NCBI RefSeq assembly: GCF_002571385.2
Contig: NW_019217784.1
Span: forward strand, 853,218 to 917,217
From: Stylophora pistillata
Lineage: Eukaryota
Length of the DNA: 64,000 nt
Reading direction: 5' to 3'
Shown here piece by piece: positions 1-12,978 of this stretch. Below the pieces are notes generated by a model. It was given only the letters and a program-made list of their open reading frames with translations. It was not told the origin of the DNA and made no database searches. Within the stretch, counting starts at the first letter, position 1; the number at the start of each line of letters is the position of its first letter. The translations under genes and the position numbers were made by a program.

Positions 1-921
1 CTTCAACTGCTTAGTATGTCAGGACAGTGTAACTGTTAGGGTGAAACACCAGAAGACTTGAAAAATTGTTATTTTGTTAATGCTACAAAATAAGCCTTTG
101 TTCAAACAGCAATAAACAGGTTGTCTGTTGCTCAAGTGGGATTTGATTTTTTTTTTAATTGTTATGCAGTGAACATAAGATATTAATTAAGTGCTTTGAT
201 GTGACATGTATCTCAAATAGCACCACACAGTGTTAACACTTGGCTCTTGTGATATAAAAATACTTTGTATACAATTTTATTTTAATTTACTTTTGATGGC
301 CCAGCTATTCATTTTTATTCAGTTGTGGAGCCGTTGTGTAGTGCATTCTCTTGTTATTTCACACTGTTTCCTATTGTAACACTTCTTAATGGAAACCATG
401 ATGTCAGGTAACTTAAGTCTGTCCATGGCCTTCTGAAAGTGGAAATCTTTCCCTTGATGTTTTCTGCCTAATGGTAGGTGGAGTACCCCATAGGTGAAGG
501 AAAGCACTGACATCAAGCCCGTGATGCCTTGTGGCCATACTTGCAACAGGAAAGGCACAGACAGATGACTTTTCTGATGCATCTGTAATTCCCAAACTTT
601 CCCTTTTTTGGATAATAAAATAGTTTGGAAAGGGTTGGTTTGCAGAGTGTAGGTTTACCCTGTACCAAGGTATACACCATTAAGAGAGTAATCCAACCTT
701 GCTTGTTATTGAGTTTACAATATTGGAGGCAGCAGTTCACCAGTGATAAGCCAAACTCACTATGTGTAGGGATTATGAGGTCTTATTTGATAGTTATCAC
801 CCACATCAAGCTGTGGAAATGTGATTTCCAGTATCCTTGGCATGGAGTTTCATATTACTGAAAGTATATTTACAATCTTCCAAAGTTGATGTTACTCATT
901 TTTTGTCTTATTTACATATAG

Positions 922-1457
922 ATATTGAAAAAACATCCTTGGAAACAATACCCGGTCCGTTTGATAACTACAGCATCAATGTCTTCCGCCATCCCATCTT
1001 ACATCTACAGAACAACCCAGGCTTTCAGAATAGTGCACTTTACAAATACCCCTACAATCATACAATGTTTTTGACAAACATAAACAAACTGACATTTGAG
1101 CAGCAGCAAGCTTATGGAATCATGAGCATGTTTGGTTCTCTGGTTGCCTTGGCAATGGATGATGGTGTTCAGATGGGTCAACACTTGCAGAAGCCACTTG
1201 TTACTAAGTGTGTAATCACAGATGGAATCCAGTTTACTTTGATGTGTTATCAACTCAACACACTCTCATTTCAGGAAGACTTTGGAATCAAGAATTGTGC
1301 CTGGGTTTCACACAGCATGAATCTTTTTAAGGTGACAACTGCTAAACGCAAACCACTTTTATTTGAGACTTTGGATATGGACAACGAAGTTCCTGGTTTT
1401 AATGATGAGTGTTTCAAAACTGTTTTAGCTTTCCTTTGCCAAGAGACAGAGTCATGA
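922..1457 (+). CDS. Terminal coding exon of a mitochondrial ribosomal protein of the mL37 (MRPL37)/mL65 (MRPS30) family; upstream exons not identified in the window
   Basis: The ORF contains YPYNHTMFL...PLVTKCVITDGIQFTLMCYQLNTL...GIKNCAWV...GFNDECF, matching the mL37/mL65 C-terminal domain as recalled. Polypyrimidine tract and AG acceptor end at 921; stop at 1455-1457. Confidence 0.8.
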
Positions 1458-3255
1458 GGCATTTTAGGATATTTTTATTATTCCTATACTGTCTACAGAG
1501 ATTTTAAAGTTTTTTTTTTGCTATCTTGATGGCTAAACTCTGGCAAAACAAGAGTGACTGAACAGGTAATCTTATCAGTTGGCAGCACTTGCCATTATAA
1601 TGTTATTCAAGTTTTTACATAGTTTTACAATTGTATAACTTTATAATTATCTCCAAGTAGTTATTTGAAAAGAAATAACCAAAACATCTGATTTAAAAGA
1701 GTAGAGTGCAAACTTCAGATACACTGTTTTCTTCAAAACTGTACATCTTAATGTATGTTGGAAGCACTGTAAAATTATTCAAACAGTTTTACACCCAGTC
1801 AGGACTTCTATGTCAGTAGCAATTTCTTTCCTAGGCATCTTACCCAGGCGTATTCAGTGCAGGTCTCAGTTCTGCGTTGTTCATCCTCTTGCCTGCAAGT
1901 AAGCTTTCCTCTCTGGTTGGTCAAATCTTGGATTATTTGTTTGCCTTTGTCTTAGCTGACTTGCTCTCCCAGAGTAGCTGACCCTGCCTCAGAGAAAAAA
2001 AAAACTTTCCTGTCTTGTAGCAATTTTTCTCTCGTGTTTTAAGGTACAAATCGTGTAGGTAAAGAGAGAAGGTAGCCAGAAGTGAAAAATTACACAATGA
2101 ATGTTCTGAATGTAAACGATGTTTAAATCATGAAAAGTGACGGTCATTAAAATGCCGATATGCATGTCTACATATCACAAGCTATGGAACGGAGTTCCAA
2201 AAAAGAAGCAATATACGGCACAGTAAAACAAGTTAAGAAAAAGTAGATCAGCTTTCTGGACCTCTGAACAATATTTGGTATTAAGTGAATCATCCGGTCC
2301 TTTCATTGTATATAATGACTCCCTACTTTTTGCATGCGTTGGCATCTAGTGATATTGGAATAAAAGAAAACAGTGAAAGCAATGCTCTACGCGAGGCGTA
2401 GGGTGGGTAATCAAAGTAACCTTAAGGTCTAAGTCGAGTGTAGAACTTAATCCATTCGGGCCAAAAACCAATAATATGGACTGGGTTTAGTTTCGGTACA
2501 TGCCTGTATTTCTATGATGAACTTCTCTTGCACTAAGGGGCCTTTGCGCAACGCCACCCTGAATGTGATGATTGTTATTCAGCTTTAGCGTGTAATATTG
2601 GTCCAGTTGATTATGGTTCGGTAGACTTTAGAGTCTGACTTTGTTCCTTTACCTAAAATTTTCTTGAGAGGAAGTGTTGAGAAATGCTGCCGACCGAAGA
2701 CAGTGTGAAAGGTATATTTGGACATGTTGGATAGTGGTAGATAGCGACTATACAGTCACATTTCACCGCAATGGCGTCTGTACGATGACATGGGAAGAAC
2801 TTTACTTGACAAATTTTAACAAACTTCTTCATCACTAGTCTTTGAATATCTCAAGGTTCACACTGCACAATCGCTACTGAACTAGTATGAGTTCGGATGA
2901 CGAAAACGTCACGCACGATCCAGATCTGCTCTCTTGGAGTTAAATGTTTCCAAGAAAAGTCAAATTTGCCCCGAACTAGGTCCATTCTAAAGCTGCAAAT
3001 ATTTTCGGTAACACTCGTGAATTAAAATGTCAACTGCTTTGTCAGGAAACCTCCAGTCGTGTTATTTTCAGCGATAGATAGAAGCAGTAACAACGAGAAA
3101 CCTTTCTTGACTGGGATTGTACGCAAGCGTTCATTGGCGTTGCATAAGAGTCACTCATGATGGCGACTGGACGCATCTTTGGTTGCTCCGCACTTATTAC
3201 TCTTTCTTTGCTTCTCCGGGTGGTTTATTTCGAGCAAAATACCACAAAACTGTTA

Positions 3256-3846
3256 CCTTACTTGTATTAAAATTCGCGTGGTACTCATTTTCGCTCAGTT
3301 TTAATTTCGCGCGATTTAATTTCGCGCACCTTATAGAGGACTTATTCGCGCAGCTTTAAATTCGCGCAGGACATTTTTCTTGTTCGGTTTCTTTACTAGA
3401 GTTAACAGATGCAGTTAACCTTTTTGTCATTACACAATTAAAGAATAGCACAGAATTCGCGTAAACCTAAAGCAAGTTTTTCACCGCCCGCTGCTGGCAC
3501 ATTTTTTCACGCAATTTTTTTGGTTTGTTTGACTACAGTAATATGTCGTATGGTTTGTTCAGTTAGGTAAAATCAGCAACAGCGACAACAACAATTTATT
3601 TGTATTCCATTTACACAGATGGTATTGCATATGATAACATTAACAATGATAGTAATTAGTGAAGAAAATACAAAATAAAAAAGATATCCAAAAGAAAGAA
3701 AAACTTCTTATCAATGTGTTAAATGGGGTTGACAGGCCTACACGACTCCCCAGCGCGTGTTTAGAGTAGCCTATTCAAAGTTTAGCCCTCACGAGTATGT
3801 CTTTGAGCGACCGCCCTCTTTTGTAAGATACGAGCGGCGGATTTTG

Positions 3847-3889
<43 letters not shown>

Positions 3890-4598
3890 TAATAATAATA
3901 ATAATCATTTAATATTTATATTGCGCAAATTAACATGTGAATATGATCAAATGCGCATCACAACACTTTTCGAGGGACTTTGGCCGGACTGCATCAGCAG
4001 TTTAGTTCGCTCAGTAGTGGTTGTGAATCTATTAAATGCCAGTTTTTCATGAGAATTTGCTTTAGGTTTGGCACTGATGGTTTGTATTGTGTAGCGATAC
4101 AAAATGTCGACGGTCGCCATTACCCCAAGGAGGCTTGGAAATTCCAATTTCATTGGCAGTCATCCAAAATAAAGCGAGCTCGGAAATTTATAAGAAGATG
4201 GAAGTATTTCTGGTGGAATATTACATGGAACCAGAAAGAATCCCGACTGAAATTTCTCAGGTTGAAGAAGATGATGATGAGGTAATTTTTTATTTCTAAT
4301 TTTTGATGGTAATATGTGTACGCAAAAATAGAACGGATAACTTGCCTTTTTAAACACCAACCTCTAATTCTCACTGAAAAACTCTTTAGTATCCAGTGAT
4401 ACTGTTAACTGTTGTAATATTACCATATGTAATAGTATTTCGTAGTATATTGTGTAATTCTAAATTCTTAAGTTGTCAATAAAGTTAATATTTAATTCAA
4501 AACCTTTTCGCGCGGATTATATTTGGCGCAGTATGAAATTTCGAGAACTTACGTTGTGCGCGAATTCTAGTACTGCGCGAATTTTAATACAAGTAAGG
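3256..4598. mobile_element. Non-autonomous TIR DNA element with TA target duplication, carrying a HIRAN-like coding remnant
   Basis: TA-CCTTACTTGTATTAAAATTCGCGtggtact (from 3254) is inverted relative to agtactgCGCGAATTTTAATACAAGTAAGG-TA (to 4600). Repeated subterminal TTCGCG motifs. Internal peptide RRSPLPQGGLEIP. Confidence 0.75.
3848..3965 (-). mobile_element. L2-like LINE 3' tail with (ATT)n microsatellite
   Basis: (AAT)n run at 3848-3905. The reverse complement of the adjacent sequence resembles the LINE 3' end at ~22845-22910 (GCGCATT..GATCATAT.CACATGT...TTGCGC.ATATAA). Confidence 0.65.
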
Positions 4599-7500
4599 TA
4601 GCTAATTATTTAAGTTCGCCGACGAAAGTCTTTTACTACGTATATGATGGCAGCCCAGACGTGTTCTCGCTCGAGAAATTCAACCACGCGGTCTGTGTTG
4701 TCAGCCATCTTGGATCATGTTTTCATCGACCGAGTTGTAGCCGAAGCTATTGAGGGAAATTTGGAAAATCAACTCTAAACTATTACAGAAGTAGTAAAGC
4801 CAGTTTTCATCTCAATTATTTCAAGGTCTCCGGTGATGTACATCCGAACCCTGGACCTACGACTGCTAATAAAAATCCAAAGCAAAATACGGATTCGACC
4901 AAATCGAGGAAAGCACCTGTTTGGAAGTATCCATGTGTTCTCTGTTTAAAACCAGTTCGTGCCAATCAGAATGGTATCCTATGTGATATTTATAATAGAT
5001 GGCATCATATAAAATGCTTAAATATGGATCCTAAATTGTATATGGCTCTCAGCGACTCAGATGAGGAATGGTGCTGCGATGACTGTACGAATCCATTTAA
5101 TTTTACGGATTCCTTCTTCGAAGTCTCGTGTGGCTCTGATGGCTTTGATGTTCTTGCCAACGATGGAAGTCAGACCGCCACAGCGAACAGTCGCGACCCG
5201 TTTCCCAAGTGCTTGGTGTTAAATGCAAGAAGTTTGCGCAACAAAGTTCTTGATTTGCAAGCTCTGCTTTTTGTGGACATATTTAATGTTTTTGCTCTCA
5301 CTGAGACTTGGCTTGATAGTAACTTTGGTGATCATGAGCTTTTGATGGATGGTTTTAATAGCTTCCGCAAAGACAGGCACATTCAACGTGGTGGCGGGGT
5401 GTTGTTAGCAGTCCGGCAGAAATCACCTACCTTTCTCCCGTCGATTTGACCTGGAAGTTGAAGTTGAAATGTTGACCCTTGAAATCTGCCTGACGCATAA
5501 GATCCGTGTTGTTGTTGCAGCCTTCTTTTGATCCCCTAATTCCTATGCAGAAACTTTTTTGTTTCAGTTAAGAAAATTCCTGGATAAATACTGCAGAACT
5601 GCTTTATCAAACCTTATTGTCACAGGTGACTTCAACTTTCCAAATATCGATTGGACTACTGGTAGTCCATTTAGACCCGACCCCAGTACGGAGGAGTTCT
5701 GAAATATTCTGGGTGATTTCTTCCTAATTCAGAAGAACACGTCTGCTACTCGTGGTTTAGGTATCACTGAGGGAAACATTCTGGATTTAGTCTTGACTAA
5801 TAACCAGTCCCTTGTTAGGGATGCATTAGTCCATCCGAATGCTTTTGATTCTGATCACTTTCCTCTCACCTTCACACTCTTTGCTAAATCCAGTAGACCA
5901 AAGAATGTGCAGAGGAAAGTGTACTGCTACAAGAAAGTGGATTTCATTTGCTTGCAAGAGACTACATCACATACCTTGAGAATCAGTTATCTCTGACTAC
6001 CCTTTTGAGGACTGTTTGACCAGATTTCAGGACATATTATTATCTGCCATCAATCAATTTATACCGTCCTCAGGTTACACTTCGCCGTCGATCAAGACCT
6101 CCTTGGATAAGTAATGAGATAATGAAACTGATTAGCAAAAAGAAAAAATTATGGAAGTGAGTGAACGTAAGTAGATCACCTGACTTATTTTTGAAATTCA
6201 AGGAAATGAGGAAAATTATGAAGAAGCATATCCATTTGAGCTATAGTCAGTATTTAAAAAAGCTATCTATGAAGCTGAAGACGGATCCTAAAATTTTCTG
6301 GTCATTCCATTCAATGAAGTCGAAACAGAAGAGGATTCTAGAAATTGTTTATTACAACGAAGCGCACTCAACTAATCCAGCAACAAAGGTGGAACTGTTT
6401 AATCAATTCTTTCCTACAGTCTATTCCGCCCCAACTTCCGATAAAACTTTTTCCATTGATGTTGTTAATCCAAATTTGTTGTTGAACATAAAGACCACTG
6501 CAAGCGAAGTGAAAAGAATCCTACAAAATCTTGATGTCACCAAGGCAACCGGTCCTGACAACATTTCTGCTCGTATTCTTTAAGTTTGCTCTGAAGAATT
6601 ATCAAAACCTCTAGCCCTTCTGTTTAATAGATCCTTTTCTTTAGGAAGAGTTCCTGTACAGTGGAAACTCGCCAGCATTTCACCTGTTCATAAAGCAAAT
6701 GAAAGGGACCTTGTGGATAACTACAGATCTATCTCTCTTCTGTCCGTTCCAGGAAAATGTCGAGCGTATAAGTGTACTCAGCAATTTATTTTCATGTCTC
6801 AGCTTACCTGTCAGATTGGCAGCATGGTTTTGTCAAAGGAAGATCTACTGCCACTCAACTAATTTTGACTCAACATAAATGGGCAAAAGCCCCTTGATGA
6901 GGGTCATCAAGTTGATGTAGTTTTCCTCGATTTTTCGAATGCCTTTGACGGTGTTCCTCATCTGGTCTTACTGCACAAGCTTTGTAATTTCGGTATTTCT
7001 GGGGAACTGTTGAACTGGTGTCAAGATTACCTTAGTAATCGAAGACAAAGAATAGTCATTGTTGGTTATTCATCTTCTTTGACAGAAATCACCTCTGGTG
7101 TACCACAGGGCTCTATTCTTGGGCCACTATTTTTTGTTTTGTTTATTAATGATTTACCTCATGTAGTTTGCTCTGGAAGCACGATAGCTTTGTATGCTGA
7201 TGATAGCAAGATGTTTAGCGTGACAAACTGTGATGATGATCAGATGCTTTTCAAAAACGATTTGGGTAAACTTTACTACTGGAACCAACGCAACCTGATG
7301 GATTTCAACTCCAAAAAGTGCAAGATTATGAAAATTACTAACAAACAAGTGCCCTTTAGCAACAAAGTGAATTTGAGTGGTACAGTTCTCGGGGAAGTCA
7401 AGGAATTTAAAGATTTAGGAACATTGACTAACAACGGTTTATCCCGGAACTCTTATATTGATATGATCACTGCCAAGGCAAACAGAATGTTAGACTTCAT

Positions 7501-7899
7501 TAAAAGAAAGTGCATGGATCTCAAGGATGAATCTACTCTAAAGACCTTGTACTGCTCCCTCGTCAGATCGAATCTGGAATACTGCTCAGTCGTCTGGTGT
7601 CCGTTCACCAAGAGAAACGTAAACAAACTTGAGAGAATTCAGCGTAGAACAACTAGGTTCATTTTAAAATCGAATGAACCATATCGTTCCCGTCTACGTA
7701 AACTCAATCTGTTAACTCTTGAGCAAAGACGTTTCGTTATCGATGTTACTTTCTTGTTTAAGGCTCTCAATGGCCATTTAGATGCTGACTTTTCTCAATT
7801 GTTAGATTTTTATAGCCAAGAGGACCACTACTTACTGAGACATTTTGATACTAAATCGTTAAAAAAGAAATACGCAAGGACTAACATACTTAAAAATAG

Positions 7900-8372
7900 A
7901 GGCTGATAGTTTCGAAAGAAACTGTTTGGGGCTGCGTCGGTGGGAGTAACGAAATAATTTGGATATATCAACAAAGTTGAAATGGTACATTGGCCACCGT
8001 AACGGTTACAAAAGCTGACGTTTCGAGCGTTAGCCTTTCGTCGGAGCGAATAGAGGAATTGTGGGTTGTGTGTGCTTTTAAAGGCAGAAAATGGAGCTAC
8101 GTTATTGGTGGGAACATGGCAACGAGAAAAACATGAATAAATTAGTGGAATGAAAAGCGTTCGTTGATCCCTGTGGGATTTAGACTGCCGGTTTGAAAGA
8201 TGAGCTTTTGTTCCAGAGTTTTACCGCTTTCCGTGCTACCTAAATGTAAGGAAAGACTGCAGATTGCCATATGTTGCTTAGAATGATTAGGTAAATTAAA
8301 ATGTCTAGCGACTGGTTTCGATGTGTCCTTGTCATTCTTTTCCACGTCTCGAAGGTGTTCTCGGAATCGGTC
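7900..8372 (-). mobile_element. 5'-truncated Penelope-like element (GIY-YIG C-terminus plus terminal repeat) inserted into the LINE
   Basis: Peptide KPVARHFNLPNHS...LEQKLIFQTGSLNPTGINERF. Flanked by ACTTAAAAATAG at 7888-7899 and 8373-8384. The LINE frame resumes (LKNSYFYRIVDE) after 8400. Confidence 0.85.
8013..8048 (-). ncRNA. Minimal hammerhead ribozyme-like core (variant CCGACGA)
   Basis: Minus strand reads TCGCT-CCGACGA-AAGGCTAACGCTC-GAAA-CGTC-AGC, inside a Penelope terminal repeat. Confidence 0.55.
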
Positions 8373-8831
8373 ACTTAAAAATAGTGTACTATTTTGGGCA
8401 CTTAAAAATAGTTACTTTTATAGGATTGTGGACGAATGCAACAGTTTGTCTCTTGAGGTCCGTTTGGCATGCAATGTTGACAAGTTTAAAGCTAGTGTTA
8501 TTAAATTTGTAACAAAGTTGTAAATATTTTACAATTTTTTTAGTGAGTTTATTGTAATTTTTATGAGGTGATTTGTTTTTATATGGGGTCACGCAACTCT
8601 TTTACAATTAAACCTTATGGCATTTTTTTCCTCTTTTTCTTTCTCTTTTCCTGTAAATATGCCATTAATTTGTAATAAATTAAAAAAAAGAAAAGAAAAT
8701 CCTAATTTTTTCGCGAAAAGAAAATTATGATGAGAAAAGGCATGTTGTGTGGCGCTGTTTTTAATCTAATATCACCGATATGCTGCTCATTCTGCATACA
8801 GGTGATGCAAACTGGACCTCGCATCTCTAAA

Positions 8832-9695
8832 TCACTGAGCTGTGCACGTTCTAAGAAGCTTGTTAACAGATCTGCGAAACTTTTCACTTCGCACAGAGTA
8901 GATAAACGGGTCTAAGGTGGCATTCAAGTAGTACACTGTATTTATCCAGACTTGAAGTTTTGGGTATAACCAATCATTTTTTCGAACTACTGAGTAAAAT
9001 ATCACTGAGGGTAACCAGCAAAGTGCGTACACACCCAATACGATAGCCATTGTCTTGGCTGACTTGCTCTCCCAGAGGAGTTGAGTTGGCCGCACATTAT
9101 AGTTAGCTGGCATTGAAGTAATTTTCTTTTCGTGTTTTAAGGCAACAAAGAACATATAAAAGTAAAGAATGAATGTAACCAGAAGCAGCAAGATGCAATA
9201 GGTGTTTTGAACGTAAATAATATTTAAACCATGGAAAATACCGGTTACTATTGCACCCGAGGTCCAAGATAGGAAGGAACATACTGTTGCTTTTGTCTTT
9301 GTGAACAGAGACTTGTAACGAAATGGAAAAGCGATGGCTATGAAACGCTCCAAGGCGATGAAGAATAAACTCGTTGAGGAAGCAGTGACAATAAACTGAG
9401 CCAGTACACGGTGCAACAACACCAATGTTTTGTCCACGTGACAGAGTCCCATTCTTTCACACACGTGACGTGCGATATCGCCTGGTATCAGCACTGTCAC
9501 GGTCAGTAAATCAACACAAGCCAAATTCGCTATCAAGATGTTGGAAACTGTTGAGAAACGAAGCACCACGAAAATCACCGCTAATACGAGAAGATTTCCT
9601 AACGTCCCAAATATTGAAATGAGTCCATCAAGTACAATAACAGCTCCACCTGTCGCATCAGTGAAGATGGCGAAGTGAGTGGTGTTTTGATGCAT
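8832..9695 (-). CDS. Class A (rhodopsin-like) GPCR, single coding exon, orphan
   Basis: GNLLV (TM1), LACVD (TM2), ALERFIAI (DRY-like), W in TM4, CWLP (TM6), DPFIY (NPxxY). ATG at 9695 lies downstream of a splice-acceptor-like tract. Confidence 0.9.
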   Translation of the reverse strand: MHQNTTHFAIFTDATGGAVIVLDGLISIFGTLGNLLVLAVIFVVLRFSTVSNILIANLACVDLLTVTVLIPGDIARHVCERMGLCHVDKTLVLLHRVLAQFIVTASSTSLFFIALERFIAIAFPFRYKSLFTKTKATVCSFLSWTSGAIVTGIFHGLNIIYVQNTYCILLLLVTFILYFYMFFVALKHEKKITSMPANYNVRPTQLLWESKSAKTMAIVLGVYALCWLPSVIFYSVVRKNDWLYPKLQVWINTVYYLNATLDPFIYSVRSEKFRRSVNKLLRTCTAQ

Positions 9696-12011
9696 TCTCC
9701 CACCCACTCGATGTGGCTAGAGAACTGGAAACGAGAAAAATGGAAGGCATTTTGTACACGTTACAAACCTAAGAAATCATTCATAAACAAATTAGGACTA
9801 CCCGATAAGACGTATACTTTAAGGGGTCATTTATGGCCATGATTTAAAATTTTATTTTCCATGCATACCTTGTCAGATAAAGATATAATTCGAGATTTCC
9901 TGGACTGGCGCCTTAGAGCGTCCTTTCATTAGTTGAGATAACTCGCTCCAAACCTTTCAAACAAGCACAGGAGAGTCTATAACCAATAACGGAGTACATT
10001 TCCCTTGAATTTGTTGGTGCAGTATCAGGTGTAATACTAAGAGGGGCTATGCATATACATGCATAGTCGTCAAACTGTTATAGAAACTGAATGCTTTTAT
10101 ATGTTTTTACTTCGGCTTCAACGAGAGATATAAATATATATTTTGATATTGGTCACTTTTTTTTTTCATGTGCCTCAACAACTTGTTATCAAATATTTGA
10201 CCTTTCTTGGATTGAGTGACCATTTCACTGTGGCCTTTTCGCTTTTGAACTAAATTCGAATGAAGACCACAGTGGAATACTTAAAGGCCTCTGAAACTCC
10301 CACTTTACAGGTTAATCAATCTAAGTTAGGGACTGGACAGCTTATTTTAACAGAATACAACAAAAAGTCGTCAAAAACATAGTACATTCACCATTTTCAA
10401 AACAAATAATTGAGTACGAAAACGTTACTAAAATATCATTAATTGGCTTGCTTCAGTTTACTGAGAATTCCATGCGAACTCCGTGGCCGATAGCTGCTAT
10501 TGGAAGCCTAAACATCTTAAAATTTAATATTTGGAATAATTATCTTAAATAATCAGTGTAATGACATGATGTGACGAAATTCTGTGAGTTCAGCCAGCAA
10601 CTGAAGAAGAGAATTGTTTTCTGAACATTTTTGGCAGGCAAAACATTTTAAACAAATTAAAGCGTCATCAACTAAAAGTTTAACGAGAACTGATTCTTTT
10701 TAGAAGTGTTCATTCCATTAGTATCGCCCCGATCACCTATCAGCAGTGTTGCTACTCGCGGACCAGAAGAGATTGTAGATGGAGAGAGCGCTTTAGTGTT
10801 TGATTGTATCTTACTTGCTCTGACAACTGTGAACACTTCACCTCTGTCAGCTTTGCTGTAGAACGTTCACTCGACTGAAAAACGCTGTGAAGAGGTAGTT
10901 TCTCTGACCGGAGGGAGTCAAAGAATGTACTACTTGTTTTTTCTACGTACATAAAGTGAAGCACCTACTTATCGCTAACCTGAACAATATTGTTTATTTT
11001 CATATGGTTGAATGAACTGTGCCTATATATTTATCTCATTAAGACTCTGGTTATACGTCGACAATTGACATGCATGCCACGAAGTTTATTGATTTGAACT
11101 CATCTTTCACTCAACTCTATTGAACTGAGATAAAAAGGATATATTTGATTCAAGAAGATTGCCTTCCCCTACTCCTATATACCATTAAATCCTCCTCTTC
11201 GTAGGGCTTGAGGAATATGTGGGAGTGTTTGAAGGATCACTTCTGCTTATGGTAACTGAAACGACGCAAGTAAAGTTAAATCTTATATTGGACTCATATT
11301 TCAATATCTAACGGCATTGAGTGTAACCCGCAGAACCCACCGGAACACAGAGATCAGTCATGAATGTTCTGGCATCACTTGCTTATGTTTAGGTACAGCC
11401 GAAAATGCGGGATTGACTTGGCCAAAAGGGTTGAAATATCCTCAGTTTATTTTTGTCGTGTAATCGTAATTCCAGAAGCCTAGCATGGTTCGCAGTTAAC
11501 CCAAATCACCATACTTAGTTCAATTTTCTTGTTTAAAAATCTTGAACCACAACTATTCCGTTATAATCGAGTTTAAAATATTTTTCTCCATTTTTCTCTC
11601 TCATTTTTCGTCTATTTGAGCAGCGAAAATACTAACACGAGTCAGTCTCGAAGCAAACCGCACGTAGTAAATCTTGGGCTAGCAAATTCACGACCGGCGT
11701 AGAGCTGACTGACAAATCACCAGGGGTCGTATAACAAGACCTCAGGTGTGACATGAAAAAGTTGGACAGGCAGGGTCATCCCTTCTTGCCGTGTAACCCT
11801 TGTTGAGACTCGGGTTTGAATTTCTTCTTCTTTTTTCTTTTTTTTTAATGTAAACACCGAGCTATCTCAGGTCAGGTTTGTACTTTCTCCAAAATAACAA
11901 TTTTCGTCTCGTCGTGTCTATTATCCACTGACTTATCGTTGGGTTTTTTGGTCGCTAGAAAGTTTCCCCACAAAGTAGGTCGTTCTCAAATCAAAACATA
12001 TGCGAATATAG

Positions 12012-12209
12012 GGGTAAGTTTCCAAAGAAACCGTGATGCTGCTTCGGTGAGGGTAACAAGGTAACTGCTTTTATTCGCTCCGACGAAGGGCTAACGCTCG
12101 AAACNTTAGCCCTTCATCAGAGCGAAGGGCTAACTCTTTCAACGTCAGGTTTTTAACCTCAGTTTACGGTGGCCAATTTACATTATCGACTTAGTTAATA
12201 AAACCAAAT
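12012..12209. mobile_element. Short non-autonomous Penelope-like insertion with inverted parts and hammerhead-like core
   Basis: 15-bp TSD CATATGCGAATATAG (11997-12011 and 12210-12224). Contains CCGACGAAGGGCTAACGCTCGAAAC and an inverted CTGATGAAGGGCTAA. Same family as 7900-8050. Confidence 0.8.
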
Positions 12210-12543
12210 CATATGCGAATATAGACTGGCTACCAGGATTCGTGTAAAAAGTACCTACATTATTTGGCACTCTCTGTGTTGATTCAAAGTGTAAACTTAA
12301 GTCGTTTTATTTCAAGAGACTTTTAAACGTTTTTGATGGTGACAACTTTCGTACCTTTAAAATAACTTGTCCTGAGTGTCGCCGGGTAAATACCCTTGTT
12401 GCGTGCACTTCTTAAGCAGCCTATTTATTTAGTCTATCTATATTATTAAGTTGATGATTATAAGAGAAGGTTGGGTTGGAGTTTAAACCTGTAGGGGACT
12501 TATGTCCTATTGTTTTTGCTCCGGTACTGCTTTGTACAAGTCC

Positions 12544-12545
<2 letters not shown>

Positions 12546-12575
<30 letters not shown>

Positions 12576-12578
12576 ATA
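12546..12578. repeat. (TAAA)n microsatellite, probably a retroelement tail
   Basis: About 8 direct repeat units. Confidence 0.85.
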
Positions 12579-12978
12579 GGGCTCTTGATCAGAGAGACAT
12601 TTAAGCAATGTTAGTTATGAAGAGGAGCACAGGAGGCAGGATTTCTGTCTGATTGTCATTAATCTGAAAGATCTCGGAAAGCTTTTCTGCGATCTACTTT
12701 CCTGAGAAACCATTGCAGTAATGCTAACCATACGTTAAATTACAATTAATATTTTTGCGTAAATCTGAATTTACTAACAGTTTAATTTTGAATTTTTAAA
12801 TTTCTTTGCTTTACAATAAATAAAATCTTTCTCTAGATAAAATATAATCATCATGATATTAAAGTCCTAATATCCACATGTTTTGCACCTGTAAGGTATC
12901 CTGTCATGTTCCTCAGTTATACATGCTTTGGCAGGGTTCTCTTGGAAACTCAAGTCATTGGGTAGTCCCGGCCAGTTG

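Larger units (their letters stand above)
4640..8700 (+). mobile_element. Degenerate non-LTR retrotransposon (CR1/L2-group LINE): 2A-like peptide, PHD finger, APE endonuclease, reverse transcriptase
   Basis: SGDVHPNPGP at 4829-4858; C-x2-C...WHHIKC...C-x2-C PHD finger; LNARSLRNK, LTETWL, GGGVLL, GDFN and SDH endonuclease motifs; GVPQGSILGP and YADD RT motifs. Many stops and frameshifts. A-rich tail near 8680. The 5' boundary is approximate. Confidence 0.9.

Noticed and set aside
2600-2900. Possible minus-strand first exon with a donor near 2651
   Set aside because: No recognisable protein and no downstream exon can be linked to it from sequence alone.
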